Origin: a virus
Length of the DNA: 64,000 nucleotides
IMG/VR virus record: IMGVR_UViG_3300017971_000264
Span: 14,056 to 78,055 of that record
Reading direction: 5' to 3' (one strand)
A program made the translations under genes and the position numbers. Of this stretch, positions 18,296 through 28,466 are shown piece by piece. Numbering within the stretch: the first letter of the stretch is position 1; each line of letters begins with the position of its first letter. Under the pieces are notes generated by a model, which saw nothing but the letters and a program-made list of their open reading frames with translations, was not told the DNA's origin and did not search any database.

Positions 18296-20575
18296 ATGGC
18301 ATCGACGGAATTTCTCTCGTCGAAGGTCGTCATTCTCGAAGAGGAGCCAAAAGTTCCAGCGATTGCCGCTTTGGCAAGCGCCGTAGTGCTTGGCTGCGGC
18401 GTCACCGAGCGAGGTAAGATCGCGGACGCACAGCTCTCGACATCCTTCGACCAATGGGTAGACCTGTGGGGAGGCTTCACGGCAGACGCTGATTTGGCGC
18501 TTGCATCGTACGGCTTCTACCAGAACGGCGGTCTATTCTTTTGGACGGTGAGAACCGTTCATTTCACAGACATCAACACTCCGGCATCGGCAACGGCAGC
18601 CGCATCCACGGGAATGCTTCAGACAGCAGGCACCGCGGACTCGGCTGGCAAGGTGACCGGAACCAACGCTCTGCCTGTCCCACTGGAGGACGGTGACACA
18701 TTGGACATTACGACGGAACTCGGTGGACCGACGACCGCGACGTTCAATGGCGGAACCGGAAAAGCCTCCACAGGTGGAGCCGGGCCGTACAACCTATCCG
18801 GAGGTGAGACGGTCATCGTGAAAGTCGGTCCCGCAGCGACGGCGCCGACTCAGACGCTCAGCATCGGCGCAGGGTTCATCGTCACGCCGGGTTCGGCCAC
18901 CAGGGCCGAGGTCGCAGCGGCCTTGAATGCGGTGATCAACGGCGCGAAAGTGACCGACGACACAACCGCAGTGAAGATCGAGACCGATCAAGCAGGCAGC
19001 GGCGCTCGCCTGGAGATCATCGGCGGTACAGCGCTTGGCGTAGCTCCGTTGCTCGACTTCACCGTAGGCGTCTATGCGGGTACCGGAAACGTAGCGGACC
19101 TCGCCAATCCCACAGCATCCGAAATCGAAGCTGTTGTGGAAGGTGCGGTGTCCAACGTGGCCGTGTCCCAGGAGTCCGGTGGCGAGATGTCCATCGAGAC
19201 TCTGACTGTTGGCGCGTCGGCGTGGGTACGTGTGGAAGCCACTTCCACCGCTGACGGCAAATTCGGGTTCGACAACACGCAGCACACCGGTGCCGATGCG
19301 ACTCCGGAGGACACGCTGAAAGTCGACGGGAAGACTCCCGGCGCGTTCGGCGACAAGATCTCCACCGTGGTTGCGGACGCCACCAGTGGCACGGCAGCGG
19401 AGTTCAACTTCCAGGTTCTGTCGGACGGTGTTGTCACGGAGACCTTCCCGAATGTCACCATGGACGACTCGGCAGCGAACTACGTCGAGAAGGTGGTGAA
19501 CAACGCCAACTTCGGCTCCAAGCTGATAGCGGTGACCGACCAAGGTCTTGCCTACTCCGCGTTGCTCAAGCGACCGGCGAACGGCACTTCCTCGACGCTC
19601 ACCGGCGGTGACGACGGCCTCACGGGTATCGTCGACATCGACTACTTGGGTTCCTCCGCCGGGCCGACGGGATTGCACTGCTTCGACCGCGTAAGCGGTG
19701 GTCGCATCTTGATCGTCCCCGGAAAGGCGACGCCGGCGATTCACCAGGGCATGTTGACCTACGCCGAGACAACCAGGCTCGGGTCCATGTTCTGCGTTCT
19801 CGACCCACCCGAGGGTTACACCGCCGAGCAGATGGTCACCTACGTGGAGACTACTGCGTCGCTCCTGGAGCGTTCGGAGTTCGGAGCCATCTACTGGCCT
19901 CGAATCAAGATTCCGAACCCCTCGACGGCGGTCTTCGGTGACGACGATGCTATCGCGGTGGCACCGTCCGGTCACATCGCGGGTCTCATGGCTCGCAATG
20001 ACGGCAGGAACGGTGGTGTCTACGAGCAGCCGGCTGGTACGCTCTCCAATTGGGGAGTCATCTCCGGAATGCTCGGAGTGGAAGACGACCCCGGCGGCGC
20101 CGAGGAACATCAGGTCCTCGACGAAGGCAAGCGGGATCTCATCTACCCGAAACGCATCAACCCGATCACCAAACTGGAGGGAACGACCTGGCACATCGAC
20201 GGTTCCAGGACCCTCAAGTCGACCGGGAACTTCCCATCGGTGGCGGAGCGTCGCGGCGCTATCCACATCGAGCAGACCATCAAAGCCGGGCTGATTGTTC
20301 TCAAGCATCGCCCGAACAACAAGGCCAACCGCGCATTGGCCAACCGTATCATCACAGCGTTCTTGCTTCGCGAGATGGCGAAGAACGCTTTCAGAAGCAC
20401 GAACCCGGACGAGGCGTTCTATGTGAACACTTCGGACGCCATCAACACTCCGGCGGACGAGTTCGCAGGCGTGATGAACATCAAGCTCGGCTTGGCTATG
20501 AACAAACCGACGGAGTTCATCCCTGTAGTTGTCTCCCAGGACACACGCGCCTACGTCGAAAGCCTTGGTGTGTAA
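18296..20575 (+). CDS. Tail sheath protein
   Basis: LTGGDDG, AIYWPRI, PSGHIAGLMARND, INPI and GSRTL motifs. Confidence 0.95.
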   Translation: MASTEFLSSKVVILEEEPKVPAIAALASAVVLGCGVTERGKIADAQLSTSFDQWVDLWGGFTADADLALASYGFYQNGGLFFWTVRTVHFTDINTPASATAAASTGMLQTAGTADSAGKVTGTNALPVPLEDGDTLDITTELGGPTTATFNGGTGKASTGGAGPYNLSGGETVIVKVGPAATAPTQTLSIGAGFIVTPGSATRAEVAAALNAVINGAKVTDDTTAVKIETDQAGSGARLEIIGGTALGVAPLLDFTVGVYAGTGNVADLANPTASEIEAVVEGAVSNVAVSQESGGEMSIETLTVGASAWVRVEATSTADGKFGFDNTQHTGADATPEDTLKVDGKTPGAFGDKISTVVADATSGTAAEFNFQVLSDGVVTETFPNVTMDDSAANYVEKVVNNANFGSKLIAVTDQGLAYSALLKRPANGTSSTLTGGDDGLTGIVDIDYLGSSAGPTGLHCFDRVSGGRILIVPGKATPAIHQGMLTYAETTRLGSMFCVLDPPEGYTAEQMVTYVETTASLLERSEFGAIYWPRIKIPNPSTAVFGDDDAIAVAPSGHIAGLMARNDGRNGGVYEQPAGTLSNWGVISGMLGVEDDPGGAEEHQVLDEGKRDLIYPKRINPITKLEGTTWHIDGSRTLKSTGNFPSVAERRGAIHIEQTIKAGLIVLKHRPNNKANRALANRIITAFLLREMAKNAFRSTNPDEAFYVNTSDAINTPADEFAGVMNIKLGLAMNKPTEFIPVVVSQDTRAYVESLGV

Positions 20576-20587
20576 GGAGGGAAGACA

Positions 20588-21046
20588 ATGGCAACGCCAG
20601 TAAAATTCGACAAGAAGTTCGAGTTCGTTGTCGAGATCGAGGGCATCGCAAGGGCCGGACTCAAGACCTGCTCCGAATTCGCGGTAGAGTTCGAGAAGGT
20701 TGTTCATCGAGAAGGCAAACGAGCGCACCCACATCAGGCACCCGGCAATGTCACGTATCCGGACATCACCATGGAACGTGGCATGGCGGACGACTACGAC
20801 TTCTACAACTGGATGATCGACTGCTACAACGCTGCGGCGGGTACCGGTCAGCCGGAGCCGACGCTGTTCCGCAACGTCGACATCGTTCAGTTGGACCGTG
20901 ATGGTGAAGAGTTGGCACGTTACACCGTGTACGACGCTTTCATCCAGCGGTATTCGGCAGGAGATTGGGACAAGGATGCTTCCGAAGTGAAGATCGAGAG
21001 CATCGTCATCGCCTACGACCATTGGAAGAAGGCGAAGGTCGCCTAG
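20588..21046 (+). CDS. Tail tube protein (T4 gp19-like)
   Basis: FEFVVEIEG...PGNVTYPDITMERG...FYNW. Confidence 0.92.
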   Translation: MATPVKFDKKFEFVVEIEGIARAGLKTCSEFAVEFEKVVHREGKRAHPHQAPGNVTYPDITMERGMADDYDFYNWMIDCYNAAAGTGQPEPTLFRNVDIVQLDRDGEELARYTVYDAFIQRYSAGDWDKDASEVKIESIVIAYDHWKKAKVA

Positions 21047-21070
21047 CCAAGAAAAAGAACAGACTGGAGA

Positions 21071-21096
21071 GGCCACCCCTGGAAACGGGGGTGGCT
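21071..21096 (+). terminator. GC-rich hairpin with GAAA loop after the tube gene
   Basis: GGCCACCCCTG-GAAA-CGGGGGTGGCT; no clear U-tract. Confidence 0.5.
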
Positions 21097-21138
21097 AATC
21101 CTTAGAAAAAGAGCAGTTTTAGAAACAGGAGAAGAACA

Positions 21139-21981
21139 GTGAGACAAGCAGAAGTAACACTCCCGTCCAGGCTCAAGATGGTTCTACGTGCGCTCACGCT
21201 GCGCGAAGAGAGCATCCTTGCGTCTACCAAGGGAAAGAGAGCTGAAGAGGCCCTGAATCAGGTTTTGGCGGCGTGCTGTGTGGAGATCACGGACCCAGGT
21301 CCGTACGAGAATCTCGGCACGAGGCCGAACTGGATGAACATGCTTCAGGGAGACCGGTTCGCAACGATGTTCGAGCTGCGGATGGTCACCCACGATGAGG
21401 GGCATCTGTACGAGTTCCGTTCTCAGTGTCCGTATTGTCGCTCGTTGAACACAGCGGAGGCGAACCTTCGCGAGGAGTTCTCGGTGCAGTCGATTTCGGA
21501 CGAAATGTTCGCGGCGGTAAAAAGCAAGACGCCATTCACCGGCGAGGTGGCCGGCAAGAAGGTTGAGTTCGCTCCCTCGTTTGTGAGGGACATCACCAAG
21601 GGTCAGAAGCTTCGCAAGAAGTGGCCTGAGAGAGCGATGGCCGTTGCCCTTTGCCTGAGACTTACGTCCGTTGAGGGCGTGCCGGACCACCAGATCATCA
21701 ACTGGCTGGACGGCGAGGGCAAGGGAGGATTTGAAGGAATTACGTCGGCAGACGCGGAGGTGCTTCGGGATCTCTACGACAAGTACGACGTCGGTATCGA
21801 CACGGAGGTGGAGCTTGAATGCCCGGAATGCCGAGGCACATACGAGATTGACCTCCCTTTCGACGACAGCTTCTGGTCCCCAGCCCGTGGAGCCAGGAAG
21901 CGGAAGAAGGAACGCCGCCTTGGGCTGGCATCCTCGGAGGAACCTCAGAAGGAGACATCCTCCGACAACGATTTGAGCTAG
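21139..21981 (+). CDS. Tail assembly chaperone (G-like), two CxxC motifs
   Basis: Between tube and tape measure; TLPS, GDR, CPYC, CPEC. Confidence 0.8.
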   Translation: MRQAEVTLPSRLKMVLRALTLREESILASTKGKRAEEALNQVLAACCVEITDPGPYENLGTRPNWMNMLQGDRFATMFELRMVTHDEGHLYEFRSQCPYCRSLNTAEANLREEFSVQSISDEMFAAVKSKTPFTGEVAGKKVEFAPSFVRDITKGQKLRKKWPERAMAVALCLRLTSVEGVPDHQIINWLDGEGKGGFEGITSADAEVLRDLYDKYDVGIDTEVELECPECRGTYEIDLPFDDSFWSPARGARKRKKERRLGLASSEEPQKETSSDNDLS

Positions 21982-22121
21982 CTTGGCTGCCTTTGTTTGG
22001 CAGTGGGCTATCGATGCGGTGGGGTGAGACGCTTGATGTATCGCTTGATGAGGTCGATAAACTACTTGATATGATCTCGGAGGCGCGTCGAGCTGAATAC
22101 AAATCCGCATTTGGAAAATGA
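21852..22121 (+). CDS. -1 frame extension of the tail chaperone (T-like)
   Basis: -1 frame open 21852-22121, entered at slippery heptamer C CCT TTC (21855-21861). Confidence 0.7.
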   Translation, partial: PPFRRQLLVPSPWSQEAEEGTPPWAGILGGTSEGDILRQRFELAWLPLFGSGLSMRWGETLDVSLDEVDKLLDMISEARRAEYKSAFGK

Positions 22122-22130
22122 GGTTCGCGA

Positions 22131-24728
22131 ATGGCGATGAATCAATTCGGTGCGGGTTTTACGATATTTGGTAGGGATGCCGCATCTCCCGTCTTTGCAC
22201 GAGTCGCCGGCAGATTCATGGGCATGGTTAAAACGGTCGTCGGAGGGGCTGCCACCATGAGCAGCTCCCTCGGCGCCATGGCCATCGGAATGAAAGCGAG
22301 ACAGATCGGGAAGGCTATGACCGGCTCGATCACCGCGATGTCGGATGCAGCGGCGACGTTTGAGCAAAACCTTGCCGGAATTGGAGTCATCACAGGGGCT
22401 ACTGCCAAAGAAATGAAGGGGTTGCACGATGCCGCGCTCGATGCGGCTATGGCAACCCAGTTCAGTCCAGAGGAGGCGACGGAGGGCCTCCAGAACCTCG
22501 CTGCGGCAGGTCTGAGCGCAGGGGAAGCGGTGGAGGCTCTCAAGCCCGTCCTTGACCTTGCCACAGGCTCGCTGGGCCAGCTTGGCCTGGCGGAGGCAGG
22601 AAATGCCGTTGTCGGTACGCTCAAGGCGTTCGGCATGGAGGCAAGCAACGCAGCCGTTGTCACAGACAAGCTGCTCAAGATCACGCAGCTCACGAACTTC
22701 CAGGCCAGGGATTTCGATGTCGGTCTCTCAAGGGCGGCATCTACGGCGAAGATCTACGGGCAGAACCTCGACGACACGCTCATCACCATGGGTGCGCTGC
22801 GGAACATGAACGTCGAGGCGAGTGTTGCGTCCACCTCGCTGCGAGAAGCGTGGCGACGAATGGCCTCCGATCAGAGGGCGCAGCAGCTCATCACACGCAA
22901 GGGCATTGACATCTTTGACAAGCGCACCGGCAAAGCGCGAGAGTTCATCGACGTGATGTTCGATGTTGCCGATGCGACGAAGAAGATGACAGATAAAGAG
23001 AGAATGCGCATGGCCACCTTGGCCTTCGGTACCAGGGGCATGGCCGCGTTCAACGCCATTGCCCAGGCGCAGAAGACAATCACCGTCAACGGCGTGAAGC
23101 ACAACCTCAAGGGAAGGAAGGCCATCGCGGCACTTCGCTTGGAGATGATGCACGCTACCGACGCGATGAGCGACTTCAAGCGTGAGTCCCTTGAAGCGCA
23201 GATTGGTATCGAGGGAGTGGGAGAGGCCCTTCAAGGCTCCACTGGCGCAGCAGAGAAGTTTCGAGAGGAGCTGCTCGATACGCTCAAGGGCCAGCGCAAG
23301 TTGATTGAAGGTGCCAAGGAGGGTCTGCTGACTGTCCTTGGAGAGGCCGCGGCAAAGGTGCTGAAGCCGCTGTCGAAGGTGGTTTACACGATCATCTCCG
23401 GAATCGCCGGGTTCTTGAACACCATCCCCATGGAGGCGCGACAGGTAATCATCGCGTTCATCGGTGGCCTCGGCACGCTGATCTCGATGGTTGGTGGCCT
23501 GTTCATTCTCAAGGGCATCATGAGTATGCTCGGTGTTTCAATCGGCGGACTGGTATTCGCTCTCGTGAAGTTCGTCCTGGTACTGGCTCCGCTCACCATC
23601 CTCTTGGCAGGTCTCGGTGTCGCAGCGTACGCAGCGTTCCGAGCGTTCAAGAAGAACACGGGTGGCATCGGCGACTCGTGGGAGGACATGGTCAAGAAGA
23701 TAAAGCTTGGCTGGAGAGCTGTTGTTCAGATCATCGGGAAGGGTGAGCTGAGCAAGAAGATGAACAAGGAGCTGAGCAAAGCAGGGAACGAAGGCGTCCT
23801 TGGCTTCGTCAACGGCTTCAAACGGTTCGTCGAGCGCATGAAGGCCATGTGGGAAGGTATCAAGCGAGGATTCGACGAAGGCGTTGCGGCTCTATCGGAG
23901 TCGAGCGCCATGAAGCAGCTCATTGCGACGATGCAGACTCTGTTCGGCACCTTCACGGGAGATGCGGAGAACTCAGCAGCGGTGCTTGCTGACTGGGGAG
24001 AAAAAGGCGAGGGCCTCGGAAAGAAGCTTGCGAGCTTCGGAGAGATTGCCCTGAAGGCCCTGAACCATTTCATCAAGTTCGGCAAGAAGGCAGTCGAGTG
24101 GATGGCCAACCTCACAGCAGAGGATGTCATCAACGGACTGCATGAGATTGCGGAGGTCTTTAAGACCATCTGGACAGTGTTGAAGAAGATCGGACAGACA
24201 GTGGCTGTCGTGTATCACGCCATTCGAGTGTTGGTGCTGTTCGTGAAAAACACCATCGGTGGCATGGTCAGCAACTTCGGAGATATGTGGACCGGTCTAT
24301 TCGGAGACGAAGCAGAATCCAAAGCAGCGAAGAAGCGAATTCTGTATCGACAGCTCAGAGGTGTCGAAGGAGCGTATGGAGAAACCGGTCGCGCCGGCGT
24401 CGATCTTGGAGAGGCTGGAGCAAAGCTGTTTGGCAAAGAGGATGAGTACGCAGAGACAGCGGCATTGTCCAGGGCGCAGCTTGAGCGACAGCGCAGAACA
24501 GGTGCCATGAAGGAGATGTTCTTCAGGATGAAGGCAGGTGATGAGATTTCTCCAGATCTGCTTTCGGCGGCAATGGGTAGAGACATTGTTAAGGCTATCA
24601 AGGATGCGAAGTTCTCAGTGAAGGTGAATGCTTCCGAGTTGAGAGGCGCACTCAAAAGCGATGCACAAGAAGATGCAGAGACAAGCTTGGATACCGACAT
24701 CCCGGTCTCTGAGTTTGGAGGTTACTAA
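22131..24728 (+). CDS. Tape measure protein (TP901-type core)
   Basis: TQFSPEEATEGLQNLAAAG, Ala-rich helices, hydrophobic segment. Confidence 0.93.
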   Translation: MAMNQFGAGFTIFGRDAASPVFARVAGRFMGMVKTVVGGAATMSSSLGAMAIGMKARQIGKAMTGSITAMSDAAATFEQNLAGIGVITGATAKEMKGLHDAALDAAMATQFSPEEATEGLQNLAAAGLSAGEAVEALKPVLDLATGSLGQLGLAEAGNAVVGTLKAFGMEASNAAVVTDKLLKITQLTNFQARDFDVGLSRAASTAKIYGQNLDDTLITMGALRNMNVEASVASTSLREAWRRMASDQRAQQLITRKGIDIFDKRTGKAREFIDVMFDVADATKKMTDKERMRMATLAFGTRGMAAFNAIAQAQKTITVNGVKHNLKGRKAIAALRLEMMHATDAMSDFKRESLEAQIGIEGVGEALQGSTGAAEKFREELLDTLKGQRKLIEGAKEGLLTVLGEAAAKVLKPLSKVVYTIISGIAGFLNTIPMEARQVIIAFIGGLGTLISMVGGLFILKGIMSMLGVSIGGLVFALVKFVLVLAPLTILLAGLGVAAYAAFRAFKKNTGGIGDSWEDMVKKIKLGWRAVVQIIGKGELSKKMNKELSKAGNEGVLGFVNGFKRFVERMKAMWEGIKRGFDEGVAALSESSAMKQLIATMQTLFGTFTGDAENSAAVLADWGEKGEGLGKKLASFGEIALKALNHFIKFGKKAVEWMANLTAEDVINGLHEIAEVFKTIWTVLKKIGQTVAVVYHAIRVLVLFVKNTIGGMVSNFGDMWTGLFGDEAESKAAKKRILYRQLRGVEGAYGETGRAGVDLGEAGAKLFGKEDEYAETAALSRAQLERQRRTGAMKEMFFRMKAGDEISPDLLSAAMGRDIVKAIKDAKFSVKVNASELRGALKSDAQEDAETSLDTDIPVSEFGGY

Positions 24729-25342
24729 TGGCGGAAGAGTCACCTAGCAACAAGCCGCAAAATCCCAACACGTCGGGCATTGCGAAGAACTTCAGTGATG
24801 CCTCCAGGGGCTACCTGAAGAACATGCTGCTCAAGCCGGACATAAGCAAGCTGGTGTCCGACACGATGAGGTTCATGTTCTCTCCGAAGCAGGTTAGCGA
24901 GAAGCTGAGAGCCAACTACCAGGACTTCGCTCCGGTAGGAATGTCGGGAGAGTTTCAGAGCTTCAGAAACACTGTCGGCCCGGTTATTTCTTTTGCGCTG
25001 TACTGGAACTCTCTCATGTACGTGAAGGACACAGGTGTAACGCTGGATGAGGCACACGACTACGTAGAGGCGTCGCGTCGTTTTCTGGAGGCAAGTGTGT
25101 TGCCGGCGGCGGCTCCATCCGGAGTTATCACAGGAGAGACAGCACCGTTCATTTTGTGCTTACCAGGAATTCTCACGCTTCGAGTGAAGGTCCAAGACGT
25201 GAATATCACGTTTGACCAGCTCGACCAGAAGGACAGATTGCGCGAGGTGAGAGCTACAGTGTCGTTTAAGGAGGCTCCACTCGGAAGGATCACCATGCAG
25301 GATCATCTAGAAGTCGGCATGGTACGGACGTGGGGAGAATAG
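24728..25342 (+). CDS. Tube initiator/baseplate hub-like protein
   Basis: Directly after TMP; FMFSPKQV...ATVSFKE pattern. Confidence 0.65.
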   Translation: MAEESPSNKPQNPNTSGIAKNFSDASRGYLKNMLLKPDISKLVSDTMRFMFSPKQVSEKLRANYQDFAPVGMSGEFQSFRNTVGPVISFALYWNSLMYVKDTGVTLDEAHDYVEASRRFLEASVLPAAAPSGVITGETAPFILCLPGILTLRVKVQDVNITFDQLDQKDRLREVRATVSFKEAPLGRITMQDHLEVGMVRTWGE

Positions 25343-25345
25343 ACC

Positions 25346-25681
25346 ATGCTTACGATTTACAGCCGGTACCGGTACTGTGAGCTGCATCGAGACGACGACG
25401 ATGTGACCTATCTCACGGAGCCGGAGCCGATAGAATACTCGGACCAGTTCGATAATATTGTCCACATCGCCAAGGAAGGCGATACGTGGTGGGGCCTGGC
25501 ACATATCTACTTCGGCAACATCGCTGACAGATGCCGTCTTTGGTGGGTCATTGCAGAGTTCCAGCCAGAGACAGTAGTTGACCCGACGTTGAAGATTGAG
25601 ACAGGGGTCAAGGTGATCATACCCTCGATGCGGTACCTACGACTGAGGGTATTCGACAACGACCGCAGAAAGGATCACTAG
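25346..25681 (+). CDS. LysM/tail-X-like baseplate protein
   Basis: HIAKEGDTWWGLAHIYFG...LWWVIAEF...IIPS. Confidence 0.85.
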   Translation: MLTIYSRYRYCELHRDDDDVTYLTEPEPIEYSDQFDNIVHIAKEGDTWWGLAHIYFGNIADRCRLWWVIAEFQPETVVDPTLKIETGVKVIIPSMRYLRLRVFDNDRRKDH

Positions 25682-27069
25682 TGCCATTCGGAGGACCCCA
25701 GGTTATCATCCAGCTTCTCGACTGGGATGACGGAGACGAGGATTGGTACGGGACATGGCTCGACATGCTCGAAATTCTCGACAAGCGCCTTGTGGCTTTC
25801 ACGTTCACGGACCACGACGTGAAGATGGACAAGGCAGTCCTGGAGCTGAAGAACGACGACTTCGCACTGCTCGACAACCCGGTGTTTGTGAGAGGCCAAA
25901 AGCTGCTTATGACATGGGGATGGCAGGGGGACATGGCTGTTCCGAGGCGCATGATCGTGAAGAAGGTGGTCGGAGGAGCGACGCTGAGAGTGGTATGCCA
26001 TTGCACGCTTTCGGAGCTGGATAGAAGGAAGCAGTATCGTATCAACGAAGGCATGACTGACTCGGAATACGTGGCGCTGGTTGCTGCTGAGTATGGGTAC
26101 CAAGGCACGCTACTGCATCTTGATGAAACGACAGAGGTGAGGGAGGCTATTGTTCAGCCGAAGTGGATGACGGATGCCAGGATGCTTCGGAAGCTTGCGA
26201 AGAGGAATGGTTTTCAGTTCTACATAGACGGCTCTGGGCTTCACTGGAAAGCCAGGAAGACCGACGTTGACCCGGCGAAGACGTTCATTTACTCGAAGGA
26301 CCCTCACCGTTGTTTAATCCTGGAGCCTCCGGAAATTGAAGCGAACATGACCAGGGGAGTGGCCAAGGTTCGCGTTCTGGCAAGGGACCCGTTTACGAAG
26401 GAGCAAGTGATCGCGGAGGTCACCGACGAGAATGCAGACATGGTGAGTCTCGGAGAAGAGGATGAGTACGGAGATCCGGATGCGTCCGATGCCGAGATGG
26501 GAAAGAGAGCGGCGCGGATCACGAAGGTGGACGAGCGACACGGTGGTTATATGACCCAGGCCGAGGCCGATGCGGAAGCAAGGGCCAGGTTCAGGGAGAC
26601 AGCGAAGAAGAAGTACAAGCTCAAGATGAAGACCATTGGAGACCCGAGGATTGGTGGCAAGATGGTTATCGACCTTTGGGGCTTCTCGGAGTCGTTCGAT
26701 GGGCTGTATTACATCAAGGTTTGCGAGACAGAGATCTCAGACGGGAGATTTGTACAGACGCTCACGTGTCGAAAAGACTCGTTGAGAGAGGTCAAGGCAA
26801 CGAAGAAGAAACAGAAGCGCGGCAAGAAGAATCCGAAGGGTGGAGCGCAGCCACCCGAGAAGCTAGATCCGAAGGTGCTGATTGGAGAAATGGTCATTCG
26901 TTACAATGACGAAGGCGTTCCACAGCCGGTGATGATCTACAAGGAAGACATGAGCCAAGCTACAGGCAGGGAAATGACTCCGGACTGGTACGAGCTTGCG
27001 AATCTACCGGAGCATGTCCTTCAATCGTTGGCAGATCAGGGAACACAATCTGTTCTGCCGGATGAGTAG
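25681..27069 (+). CDS. Baseplate hub protein (P2 gpD-like)
   Basis: TDARMLRKLAKRNGF, IGDPRI, FDGLYYI. Confidence 0.85.
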   Translation: MPFGGPQVIIQLLDWDDGDEDWYGTWLDMLEILDKRLVAFTFTDHDVKMDKAVLELKNDDFALLDNPVFVRGQKLLMTWGWQGDMAVPRRMIVKKVVGGATLRVVCHCTLSELDRRKQYRINEGMTDSEYVALVAAEYGYQGTLLHLDETTEVREAIVQPKWMTDARMLRKLAKRNGFQFYIDGSGLHWKARKTDVDPAKTFIYSKDPHRCLILEPPEIEANMTRGVAKVRVLARDPFTKEQVIAEVTDENADMVSLGEEDEYGDPDASDAEMGKRAARITKVDERHGGYMTQAEADAEARARFRETAKKKYKLKMKTIGDPRIGGKMVIDLWGFSESFDGLYYIKVCETEISDGRFVQTLTCRKDSLREVKATKKKQKRGKKNPKGGAQPPEKLDPKVLIGEMVIRYNDEGVPQPVMIYKEDMSQATGREMTPDWYELANLPEHVLQSLADQGTQSVLPDE

Positions 27070-27075
27070 GAAACA

Positions 27076-27678
27076 ATGGGTGGACCGAATACAGGATTTG
27101 ACGGCGACAATTTTGAGGGATCTGGTCTCTTTGGCTTGTACGCCGGGATAGTAGTAAACAGAGACGACCCGGAGAAGCTCAGCCGAGTCAAGGTAGAGAT
27201 CCCAGGGATCATCGACGGAGAGTCTGCATGGGCGCTTCCGGAAGGAGGCGGAGCAGCACAGTGGGGCAAGAATGCGGTTCCGCCACTTGGATGCGATGTG
27301 TTTGTGCAGTTCGTGAACGGCAGGGAGAATAGACCGGTGTACCGAGCGGCGGCACACGGAAAGCCTGGAGGAACATCGGAAGCGTTCCCAGAGCATGAAG
27401 CTCCGGATGTGAGCGTCTTCGGCATCGGGCCGTTCAGGCTGGTCATCGACAATAGGGAAATCGAAGGGCAGCCGAAGACTGCCAGGGCGAAAATAGTCAG
27501 AGATGTCAACGGTACAGAGGAAGACGTGGCGTGGGTAGAGTTCAATTACGATGACAACTCGATTCACATCTATGCCGACTCGGCCATTGGGCTTGAGGCA
27601 GCGATCATCGATCTGAATTCGCCACAGGTCCAGCTCAACGGTAGGCAGGTGATGCCCACCAGTAGGCCGGTGAACTAA
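27076..27678 (+). CDS. Baseplate spike (gpV/Gp5 OB-fold)
   Basis: DDPEKLSRVKVEIP...WA...VPPLG.DVFVQF.NG..RPVY. Confidence 0.9.
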   Translation: MGGPNTGFDGDNFEGSGLFGLYAGIVVNRDDPEKLSRVKVEIPGIIDGESAWALPEGGGAAQWGKNAVPPLGCDVFVQFVNGRENRPVYRAAAHGKPGGTSEAFPEHEAPDVSVFGIGPFRLVIDNREIEGQPKTARAKIVRDVNGTEEDVAWVEFNYDDNSIHIYADSAIGLEAAIIDLNSPQVQLNGRQVMPTSRPVN

Positions 27679-28454
27679 TGGCATTCCCCCCAGAATCACT
27701 ATGCATCGAGCTTCCGGACATCCCGACAGTGGATGACATCTGCTTCCCAGGAGGGTTCTGCCTGAGCTACATCTGGGATGCCATCGGAAAGATACCGACA
27801 GCGGCGGACATGAACATGGACTTCTTTTCGCAGATTGGTCCTGCGATGTCCTTCTTGGCTCCGTTGTTCTCTGTCTTGGATACGGTGCTGGCGATCTTCC
27901 GGTGCGTGAAAGCCGTTCCGGATGCCATTACGTCGCTCGACCCCTCGGAACTGTTCAACTGTATGCCGGCGCTTGCAGAGCTGATTGACAAGCTGCTCGA
28001 CCTGCTTCCGTACCTGAGCCTTCCGAAGATGGTGAAGGCGATCATCAACAACCTGGCGGCGCTTTTGCGTAGCATCGCCATGGAGTTCGAGTATCTGAAG
28101 AGCCAGATACAGCGAATCATTGACCTGATTGACCGCGCTGCGGACCTCGGAGACGTGAAAATGAACGGCTTCTTGGTCTGTGCGCAGGACAATACGAATA
28201 AAGGAATCCTCTCCACGGCGGAGGCCCTCAAGGGCATTGGAAGAATCATATTGCTTGTGAATATTCTCATGCAGTTGTTCGGTGGACCGGAGATTCCTTG
28301 CTTTGGAGACCTCATTGAGGGCAATATATTGGAAGGTCTCGACTTTATTATCGATCTGCTCCTGGAGTTGGCCAATCTCTTGGCGGAGATTGCAGACTCG
28401 ATACCAGACCCAGACTTCGCTCTGACGCTGGCCCTGGGAGAACAGAAATGCTAA
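27678..28454 (+). CDS. Hypothetical helical Cys-containing protein
   Basis: Coupled to the spike gene by TAATG; amphipathic helices. Confidence 0.75.
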   Translation: MAFPPESLCIELPDIPTVDDICFPGGFCLSYIWDAIGKIPTAADMNMDFFSQIGPAMSFLAPLFSVLDTVLAIFRCVKAVPDAITSLDPSELFNCMPALAELIDKLLDLLPYLSLPKMVKAIINNLAALLRSIAMEFEYLKSQIQRIIDLIDRAADLGDVKMNGFLVCAQDNTNKGILSTAEALKGIGRIILLVNILMQLFGGPEIPCFGDLIEGNILEGLDFIIDLLLELANLLAEIADSIPDPDFALTLALGEQKC

Positions 28455-28466
28455 TCTGGAGACATC

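Noticed and set aside
18794-21076. 760-aa minus-strand ORF, and similar long antisense ORFs at 44982..46733, 9700..10890 and 38605..39753
   Set aside because: Shadows of well-supported + strand genes caused by codon bias; no recognisable motifs
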